NCBI GenBank assembly: GCA_036378395.1
Contig: DASUWN010000023.1
Location: forward strand, 1 to 46,064
DNA from: Candidatus Dormiibacterota bacterium
GTDB lineage: Bacteria; Chloroflexota; Dormibacteria; Dormibacterales; Dormibacteraceae
Direction: 5' to 3'
Length of the DNA: 46,064 nt
In this document: positions 1-6,367 of the stretch, piece by piece
How the letters are laid out: every line of letters starts with the position of its first letter
How positions within the stretch are numbered: the first letter of the stretch is position 1
Made by a program: the position numbers and the translations under genes
The notes under the pieces: model-generated
What the model was told of the DNA's origin: nothing
The model's input: only the letters and a program-made list of their open reading frames with translations
The model's database searches: none

Positions 1-2
1 CG

Positions 3-476
3 GTGGCGGCCCGGCCGACTCCCCCACTCCCCACGCCGGTGCCGATCATCGATCTGCCCCAGACGATTCCGACTGCCGCTCCTCAAGCGGACCCGGCGGC
101 GCGGATCGAGATTCCAGAACTCGGGATCGACCTACAAGTCGTGCCTGGGGATGGGGTAAATGCGCCGTACTACAAGGCCGCCGAGTATCCGGCGCCCTTC
201 AAACTGCCCGGCCAGGGCGGGCGCTCGATGATCTACGCCCACGCCCAGAAGGGCATGTTCGGCCCCCTCTTCAATGGCAAGGTCGGCCAGCACGTCGACG
301 TCACGCTGGCCAGCGGGCGGGAGCTCCACTACGCGATCAGGGAGTACTACGCGCACTGGCCAGTCGACGACCTGCGCTGGTTCCAGCCCGGCGACCACGA
401 GCAGCTGCTGCTGGTCACCTGCACGACCTACAACCCCAACGATCCCCGAATCGTGGCTGTCGCGGAGCCGGTCTAA
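3..476 (+). CDS. sortase-family transpeptidase; 5' end probably lies outside the window
   Basis: The ORF is open to the window edge. A Pro-rich linker is followed by sortase motifs: IEIPELGIDLQVV, His in MIYAHAQ, Cys in LLLVTCTTY (TLxTC-like), Arg in DPRIVAVA. Confidence 0.8.
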   Translation: MAARPTPPLPTPVPIIDLPQTIPTAAPQADPAARIEIPELGIDLQVVPGDGVNAPYYKAAEYPAPFKLPGQGGRSMIYAHAQKGMFGPLFNGKVGQHVDVTLASGRELHYAIREYYAHWPVDDLRWFQPGDHEQLLLVTCTTYNPNDPRIVAVAEPV

Positions 477-2840
477 TTAGGCCGCGTGCGTGTGGACGAC
501 GAACCGCTGCGTGTAGCCGCCGTTCACGAAGTCTCCGGCGCAGGTAACCAGCGACAGGCTGGCCACCCCGTTGCCGTTGCGATCGAAGAGCCAGCTTGGC
601 GGCGAGCTGGCCCCGTAGTAGTTGTAGCCGTCAACGACGAAGTGGCCGGTGCTGCCGTCCACCCGGTCGACAAACACGTCCATCCCGCCGGTCACGCTGG
701 TCAGATGGCAGAAGACCGCGCACGAGGTGTCGTACCAGTCGACGTGGCCGGTCATCAGGGCGTCCCCGTACTCGCCCGGGCTCGGCCACTGGTTCTCCCA
801 GGCGACATCCCAGCTGTTGCTCGGCGAACCCAGGTCGCCGCCCGGCGTCATGGCGACCGACTCGACCGCCGCGTTGATGCCGAGGGCCGGAATGCGCAAA
901 CGTGCCGGCGCCGCCGCCACGGGACCCGGCCGCACCGGACCGAAGTACGCCGGGAGACCCTGCCCGTATGAGTTCAGGGCTCGAATCGTGAAGGAGTAGC
1001 CCACGTTGGGATCCAGGCCGGCGACCTGGATTCCGTTGTGATCGGTCCCAATCGGCTCCGCGTAACCCGCCGGAGCCGGACTGACCCAGACGTAGTAGCC
1101 GAACACGGCAGCGCCGCCGTTGTTGAGCGGAGTCTGCCAGCTGAGGCTGATCGCGCCCGCCGTATGCACATAGGTGATGCCGGTGACAGCGTCTGGTGTC
1201 CCCACCGGCGTGGTCACTGAAAGCGAGGCGGCGGGGCTGGTGCCCGTGCCGTTCAGCGCCACCACCGCCATCGTGTACGTGGTCTGGTTGGACAGGCCAT
1301 CGAACAGATAGGTCGTCTGCGAGCCGGGGACGGGGATGTCGCCGAGGCCAGGGACCAGGATGTCGTAGCTGACAATCGCCGTCCCGCCGGTGTCGGCTGG
1401 CGGAGTCCAGGAGACACGGACCTGGTGGTCGCCGGTCGCGGCGCTCAGGGAGGGCGCCGCGGGCGGCGAGACGTAGCCCGGAACGTAGTCGTAGTAGCCG
1501 ACCACGTCGGCGATCACCTGGGTGACGTTGGCCGAGTTGTAAACGGTGACCGAGCCATCCGCCGAGAGTGGGGTCACATCGAGGTTCGGCACCGGGCCGC
1601 CAGCCGCGAAGTTGATGTCCGAGGCCAGTGGCCTTCCCCCGCCGGCCGCGAAGGCGAGCTCGTAGGTCGGGCCGCTGGTCTCCGCCAGGGTGAGGTTCAT
1701 CACCACCGCACTGGCCCCGGCGGGGACCGTCGAGTAGGTGGCGACGGGAAGGTTGATCCGTGAGTTGGGGCCGAGCGCGCCGTAGTGGGCGGTGCCCGGA
1801 ACTCTGGTGTCGAGAATGCGGGTTGGCGAGGTGCCGATGAAGTGGCCCCCGGCTGCGCCCGGATTCGAGCTGTCGGTGAACCAACCCGAGACGTCAACCA
1901 GGACCTGCACGCTTGCGCTGGCGTTGTAGATCCCGATGTAGCCGCGGCCATCAAGGCGGACCACCGCCCGCACCGCGCGCGTCTGGCCGCCGACGAAATT
2001 GAGGTTGGAGACGCCGCTGTTGCCATCCGCGAGCGGGAACACCGCGAGGTAGTCGGGACCCGAGGCGTCAGTCTCGGTGAGGTTGATCGCGACCGCCGAC
2101 GCATTGGCGGGGACGTCGCCGACCCCGGCGACGGCGAGTGCGATCGTGGCCTGAGGAGCAATGGGTCCGGTCGTCCCCCCGGTGCCGATACGGGTGTCGA
2201 GCAGGCGCTGCGGCGTGAGCGGCCGGAAGAGGCCCGACGGCCCCGGATCGGACTGATACCAGCCCTCGAGGTCGATGATCAGCGAGATCGCGCTGTTGTT
2301 GACGTAGACGTCGAGGTAGCCGGCCTGCGGGCCGCTCTGCTGGATCGCGACTTCGACCAGGTTGGCGTGGGTCTCGCCGGGACCCCAGTTGAGGTTGGAG
2401 GCCAGCGGCCGCGCGTCGCCGGCGGGATAGACCGTGAGGTATCCCGGGCGGTCGGTATCCGTGACCGTCACGCTGGCGACCACGGCGGTCACGCCCTGCG
2501 CGACGCTCGGGATCTCGAAGGCGCCGGCGATCGGGACCAGCACCGTTTGCTCGGGCCCGATGCGCCCGATGCCCAGCAGCCCGAGCCGGGTGTCGACCAG
2601 CCTTCGCGGAGTCGAAAGTGAGTGGTAGCGGGAAGCGTTGGTGCTGGAGTGGCCGGTGGCCGCCGCTGCGGGCTGCGGCCGCCCCGGGCCCACCGTCGCC
2701 ATCAACGCAAGGGCGAGCAGTGCGGACAAAAAAAGGGCGGGCCACCGTGGCCCGCCCTTGATGTTGGGTATCAGTTGGCTGCTAGGCGCGCGAGGGCATC
2801 TCGGAGCGGCGCCGGCCGCGGGAGAGCCCAAAGGTCCCAC
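477..2840 (-). CDS. secreted or anchored multidomain protein: 3 x ~110-aa repeat, 2 x FN3-like, C-terminal sortase (class F-like) catalytic domain
   Basis: Signal/anchor KGGPRWPALFLSALLALALMATVG..AAAA. Three repeats (LVDTR/LLDTR/ILDTR ... SNLNW/SNLNF/SDINF ... GWY/GWF/GYY). FN3-like modules (VRVSWTPPADTGG, ISLSWQTPLNNGG). The last ~150 aa read RLRIPALGINAAV, MTGHVDW, SLVTCAGDF, QRFVV, giving a His/Cys/Arg sortase triad. The start is uncertain: ATG 2840 or TTG 2831 both overlap the upstream gene. Confidence 0.8.
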   Translation of the reverse strand: MGPLGSPAAGAAPRCPRAPSSQLIPNIKGGPRWPALFLSALLALALMATVGPGRPQPAAAATGHSSTNASRYHSLSTPRRLVDTRLGLLGIGRIGPEQTVLVPIAGAFEIPSVAQGVTAVVASVTVTDTDRPGYLTVYPAGDARPLASNLNWGPGETHANLVEVAIQQSGPQAGYLDVYVNNSAISLIIDLEGWYQSDPGPSGLFRPLTPQRLLDTRIGTGGTTGPIAPQATIALAVAGVGDVPANASAVAINLTETDASGPDYLAVFPLADGNSGVSNLNFVGGQTRAVRAVVRLDGRGYIGIYNASASVQVLVDVSGWFTDSSNPGAAGGHFIGTSPTRILDTRVPGTAHYGALGPNSRINLPVATYSTVPAGASAVVMNLTLAETSGPTYELAFAAGGGRPLASDINFAAGGPVPNLDVTPLSADGSVTVYNSANVTQVIADVVGYYDYVPGYVSPPAAPSLSAATGDHQVRVSWTPPADTGGTAIVSYDILVPGLGDIPVPGSQTTYLFDGLSNQTTYTMAVVALNGTGTSPAASLSVTTPVGTPDAVTGITYVHTAGAISLSWQTPLNNGGAAVFGYYVWVSPAPAGYAEPIGTDHNGIQVAGLDPNVGYSFTIRALNSYGQGLPAYFGPVRPGPVAAAPARLRIPALGINAAVESVAMTPGGDLGSPSNSWDVAWENQWPSPGEYGDALMTGHVDWYDTSCAVFCHLTSVTGGMDVFVDRVDGSTGHFVVDGYNYYGASSPPSWLFDRNGNGVASLSLVTCAGDFVNGGYTQRFVVHTHAA
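2728..2759 (-). terminator. intrinsic-terminator-like hairpin plus T7 run downstream of the small surface-protein gene
   Basis: The minus strand reads AAGGGCGGGCCA-CGG-TGGCCCGCCCTTTTTTT: a perfect 10-12 bp GC stem, a 3-nt loop and 7 T. It begins 23 nt after the stop at 2782 and lies inside the predicted signal-peptide codons of the 787-aa ORF. Confidence 0.6.
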
Positions 2841-3294
2841 CGATCAGAAGCAGCACGCCGAGGGCGATCACAAACCAGCCGAAGGGAATCGACTGCTGGG
2901 CCGCCGTGGTGTTCGGGAAGCCACCGGCCACGGTCACGCTGGCCGAAACGGTCGCTCCACCCGGAGCGGTCGCGGTCAGGGTCACGGTCTGGCCCGCGCA
3001 GGAGCTCGGGATCACGACCGAGGTCGTGGCCTGGTGGTTGGCGTCGAGCGCGGCGCTCGCCGGGTTCATCGTTGTGCCCGAGCACGAGGAGCTGAATGCG
3101 ATGCTGGTGCCGGCCGGGAGGTCGGTGAAGGTCGCGGTGAAGGAGAACGCGGATCCGGGCTGGACCGTGCTGGCGCTCACCGAGCCACCGGAGCCGGGCG
3201 AGGTGTCTACGTATGCGAATGCCGGGACGCTGATCATGAGCGCGCCGCCAACGATGGCGAGCAACCCAAGCGAACGGACGAGCTTCCGAATCAT
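2782..3294 (-). CDS. small secreted surface protein with a C-terminal sortase-type sorting signal (FPNTT + TM + RGRRR)
   Basis: Start taken at MIRKLVRSLGLLAIVGGALMISVPAFA (signal peptide). A ~110-aa Ser/Thr-rich, beta-rich body with 2 Cys. The C-terminus is GGFPNTTAAQQS-IPFGWFVIALGVLLLIGGTFGL-SRGRRRSE, a pentapeptide/hydrophobic/basic tripartite signal. Confidence 0.7.
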   Translation of the reverse strand: MIRKLVRSLGLLAIVGGALMISVPAFAYVDTSPGSGGSVSASTVQPGSAFSFTATFTDLPAGTSIAFSSSCSGTTMNPASAALDANHQATTSVVIPSSCAGQTVTLTATAPGGATVSASVTVAGGFPNTTAAQQSIPFGWFVIALGVLLLIGGTFGLSRGRRRSEMPSRA

Positions 3295-3349
3295 CGTTGC
3301 GCGAGCCCTCCTCAGAGAAATGGAAACGCCCCCGGTGGGAATCGTTGGG

Positions 3350-3378
3350 ACGTTAACAGACATCGGCGTCAACGTCAA
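3350..3378 (-). promoter_or_regulatory. candidate sigma70-type promoter for the surface-protein gene
   Basis: The minus strand has a tandem TTGACGTTGACG, then a 17-nt spacer from the upstream TTGACG to TAACGT. It lies ~55 nt upstream of ATG 3294, and a GAGGAGGG Shine-Dalgarno sequence follows. Pattern match only. Confidence 0.25.
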
Positions 3379-3393
3379 TCACCGCTCTTTAAT

Positions 3394-4869
3394 CTAGTTT
3401 CCAGCCCTCGACGCCTCGACCGGCGCGGTCGCGGCAGGTGCCGCTTGCGAGGCCGTGGCGGCCGCCGTCCCATTGGGAGCGTAGTAGCCGTATTCGGCGT
3501 AGTAGCCGTCGTAGTCATAGCCCCCGCGGCCGGTGCGCACCTTGTTCACCACGACGCCCAGAATCTGGCCCCGGACGCGTTCAATCGCTTCGCGCGCATG
3601 GGCGAGCGCCGGATATGTTGTGCGTGCACTTTCGGCTACAAAGATCACGCCGTCGCAGCGCGCGGCGAGGATCATCGCGTCCGTTACCGCATTGACCGGC
3701 GGGGTATCGATCACGACGTAGTGATAGCTCTCCCGGAAGTGCGCCAGAACCTCGAGCATCCGGCCCGACCCGAGCAATTCGGAGGGATTCGGCGGCGTCG
3801 GTCCGGAAGCAACGAAATGCAGGTTGGGAACGCCCTCGACCGCGCTCACCAATTCGCGCTCGGGAATGTCCTGGATCATCAGGTTGGAAAGGCCGACGTT
3901 GCGCACACGGCCGAGGATCCGGTGCTGCGATGGGCGCCGGAAGTCGGCGTCCACGAGCAGGGTGCGGTAGCCGGCCTGGGCGAGCGCCACCGCGAGGTTG
4001 GCCGTGGTTCGCGACTTGCCCTCGCCAGGGGCCGACGAGGTGATCACGATCGTCCGGAGATCGCGATCGACGCCCGAGAAGAGGAGATTGGTCCGAAGCA
4101 CGCGGTAGGCCTCGGCGATCGTCGAGTTGGGATCGAGGACGACCAGCTCCGCGCGTCGCGCGCGCGGCGCCGGCGCAAAGCCCACGTGAGCGATCGGGAC
4201 GACGCCGCTGCGACGCACGAGATCGTCGTCACTTTTGACCGTCTGATCGAGGTATTCGCGCAGCACGATGATTCCCGCACCGAGCAGCAAACCGGCAGCG
4301 GCGGCGAGCAGCGTGTTGAGCAATAGATTGGGCGAAACCGGCTTGGTCGGGGTCACCGCCGGCGCCACCACGACCAGGTTGTCCTGCGGGCGCGTGTTCT
4401 GCGCGGATTGCTCCTGGCTCTGGATCGCCTTCATCTGGTTGATGAAGTCGCTGACCAGCGTATTCGCGATGTCCCGCGCCAGATTGGGATTGGTGCTGTC
4501 GGCGGAAACGTCGAGGATGGTCGTGTTGGGCTGCGGCGTGACCTTGATCTGCTTGGCGAGGTTCTCGGGCGTGGTGTTGAGATTGAGCTCGGTGATCACC
4601 TGCTGGAGCAGGGGCCGCTCCGTCATCAGCGTGGCGTAGGTGCGCGAGATCTGGTCGCTGGTGAGTGCGGCGCCGTTGGTGTCGACCGGCAGCACCTGCG
4701 CGGGTCGCACCAGCAGCGCGACGTGTCCTTCGTATACCGGTGGCAGGACTTTGCTCACGCCCGCGGCCACCGCGGCCGAGATCACCGGGCACAGGATCAG
4801 GATCCACAGCGAGCGGCGCAGGATTCGCAGATAGCGGCGGATGTCGACCGAGCTGGCGCTGGAGTCCAT
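3394..4869 (-). CDS. polysaccharide co-polymerase / tyrosine autokinase (Wzz domain + BY-kinase)
   Basis: N-terminal TM plus chain-length-determinant region, a second TM, Walker A SSAPGEGKSRTTANLA, VDADFRRP, and a C-terminal Tyr cluster GGYDYDGYYAEYGYY. Confidence 0.9.
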   Translation of the reverse strand: MDSSASSVDIRRYLRILRRSLWILILCPVISAAVAAGVSKVLPPVYEGHVALLVRPAQVLPVDTNGAALTSDQISRTYATLMTERPLLQQVITELNLNTTPENLAKQIKVTPQPNTTILDVSADSTNPNLARDIANTLVSDFINQMKAIQSQEQSAQNTRPQDNLVVVAPAVTPTKPVSPNLLLNTLLAAAAGLLLGAGIIVLREYLDQTVKSDDDLVRRSGVVPIAHVGFAPAPRARRAELVVLDPNSTIAEAYRVLRTNLLFSGVDRDLRTIVITSSAPGEGKSRTTANLAVALAQAGYRTLLVDADFRRPSQHRILGRVRNVGLSNLMIQDIPERELVSAVEGVPNLHFVASGPTPPNPSELLGSGRMLEVLAHFRESYHYVVIDTPPVNAVTDAMILAARCDGVIFVAESARTTYPALAHAREAIERVRGQILGVVVNKVRTGRGGYDYDGYYAEYGYYAPNGTAAATASQAAPAATAPVEASRAGN

Positions 4870-4983
4870 TACGGGTTGAGAGATGGGTTCATGGTATGCC
4901 TGGCAGCCCGGACTGGCCCGGGTGGGAGCCGCGCGGCGAGCGGGCCGAAATTGTAGCGGCGGGTTCTGGGCGGGTCAAAGTGC

Positions 4984-5174
4984 CTAGTGGTCTGTCCGGG
5001 AATTAGCTCGACAAGACGCGATCTCGGCGCCCGGTGCCGAGGAGCCGACGAGCAAGTGAGGGAGCGCACCGAGTGGTGCGCGACTGAGCGCGCACAGGAG
5101 GCGACAATGGCATCAGCGCAGCCCGGGCGCCTAGGTCGATGGATTGTCGAGCGGTTTCCCGGATGGACCACTAG
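4984..5174. mobile_element. MITE-like element, family A, copy 1 (191 bp)
   Basis: About 95% identical by eye to 17989-18179. Terminal inverted repeats CTAGTGGTCTGTCCGGGAATTAGCTCGAC / GTCGAGCGGTTTCCCGGATGGACCACTAG. CTAG at both ends. No transposase-sized ORF. Confidence 0.85.
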
Positions 5175-5185
5175 AATCGCGCGGT

Positions 5186-6325
5186 TTGCGGGCATCCCTC
5201 ATCCCTCCCCGACCCAGCCTGCGGTGGCTGGCCGCGATCGCCGGCGCCGGAATCCTGGTTGGGCTAGCGGTCGCCCTCGCCTCGGGGGTGCAGTCGCTGA
5301 ACGACGTCACCCGTTCGGCGGGGGCCGGCTCCGGAGCGGCCGCTTCGGAGGCGCGCCTGTTTCCTTCTGCGTCGCCGGCAGCAGAGCCGACGGCGGTCCC
5401 GCCGGCTTCAGTGGCCGGGCGGGCCGGCGCCGCGCCTCGGCTGTATGCGGCCGACGCCAGGCATCTGCTGCTGGTGGGCGTCCGCGCTTATCTGTCTGCG
5501 GACGGCGGTGTGACGTGGTCTCCGCTACCTGACTCTTCGGGAGAAGGCGTGGTGCCGGATTCGGGCCAGCCCCAGCGGATGATCGCGGGCGGGTCTTCAG
5601 TGTGGACCACGGCCAACGGCGGCTCGGGCTGGCAGCAGGTCACCAACCTGCCGGGAGCCTCGCAGGCGCCGTATGTCGCGCTGGCGATCAACCCCGACGA
5701 TCCGACGGTATGGTTCTTCGCGGCCGGGCCGACGATCTTGCGGACCCGCGACGCCGGCCACTCCTGGAAGCTCGGGCTCGGGGGCGTGCCGGCTCCTCTG
5801 GACCACCCGGTGCTGCGGCCGGCCGGGGCGAAGGACGCGTTCGCGCTGGCGAGCGGGCGCCACGTCTATCTGCTGCGGGACAACGGCCAGGCGGTCGACG
5901 ACCTGGGTGCTCTGCCCGCTTCCGACAGCGGTGCGCCGGTCGTGGACCTGGCCGGCCTCGGCGGTGGGAGCTATGCCGCGGCGGGGGCGGACGGGACGGT
6001 CTACGTCCTGTCGGGTGGCGCGTGGGCGGCGGTGGCGCCGGTGGCGCCGGTGGCGCCGGTGGGTGTCGCCCTGGCTGCGGGGTCGGGGCGGGTGGTGGTC
6101 GCCGGCGGCGGGGGCCGGCTCGGGGCGCCGGGGGTGGCCTGGGCCAGCGGGGACGGCGGGGCGACCTGGACCGCGGCGGCGGGCCTGCCCAAGGACGAGT
6201 CGATCGAGGCGGTCGCGTTCGCCTCGGATGGGAGCGCCTTCGCTTACGGGTTTGGGGGCGACCTGTACGCGTCTTCGAATGGTGGTGGCAGCTGGACGCT
6301 GCGCTCGACGGCCCTCCGGGGCTAG
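5186..6325 (+). CDS. membrane-anchored BNR/Asp-box repeat (sialidase/Ycf48-like beta-propeller) protein
   Basis: TM segment WLAAIAGAGILVGLAVALASG. Five Asp-box-like motifs: SADGGVTW, TANGGSGW, TRDAGHSW, SGDGGATW, SSNGGGSW. The start is uncertain: the ORF-track TTG 5144 lies inside the MITE, and in-frame TTG 5186 lies just outside it. Confidence 0.65.
   Translation: MRASLIPPRPSLRWLAAIAGAGILVGLAVALASGVQSLNDVTRSAGAGSGAAASEARLFPSASPAAEPTAVPPASVAGRAGAAPRLYAADARHLLLVGVRAYLSADGGVTWSPLPDSSGEGVVPDSGQPQRMIAGGSSVWTTANGGSGWQQVTNLPGASQAPYVALAINPDDPTVWFFAAGPTILRTRDAGHSWKLGLGGVPAPLDHPVLRPAGAKDAFALASGRHVYLLRDNGQAVDDLGALPASDSGAPVVDLAGLGGGSYAAAGADGTVYVLSGGAWAAVAPVAPVAPVGVALAAGSGRVVVAGGGGRLGAPGVAWASGDGGATWTAAAGLPKDESIEAVAFASDGSAFAYGFGGDLYASSNGGGSWTLRSTALRG
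6032..6058 (+). repeat. 3 x 9-bp perfect tandem repeat GTGGCGCCG (encodes VAPVAPVAP) inside the BNR gene
   Basis: Direct reading of gtggcgccggtggcgccggtggcgccg. Confidence 0.8.
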
Positions 6326-6330
6326 CCGCG

Positions 6331-6348
6331 CGGTTTCTCGAGAAACCG
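6331..6348. repeat. 18-bp perfect palindrome CGGTTTCTCGAGAAACCG (family P, copy a)
   Basis: Lies 5 nt after the BNR-gene stop and 19 nt before the LutB-LutA GTG. Same core as copies at 12133, 18809, 23767 and 23806. Confidence 0.85.
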
Positions 6349-6367
6349 GAAGTTAGGCTGATGGGAG

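Noticed and set aside
2638-4326. 562-aa plus-strand ORF across the surface-protein and BY-kinase genes
   Set aside because: It is antisense to two genes with strong protein signatures. It is Arg/Gly-rich with no motifs.
5144-5185. TTG 5144 as the true start of the BNR gene
   Set aside because: These codons lie inside MITE-A, and the identical peptide heads a spurious ORF at the second MITE copy (18149). An in-frame TTG just outside the element (5186) is more conservative. Element-provided translation is not excluded.
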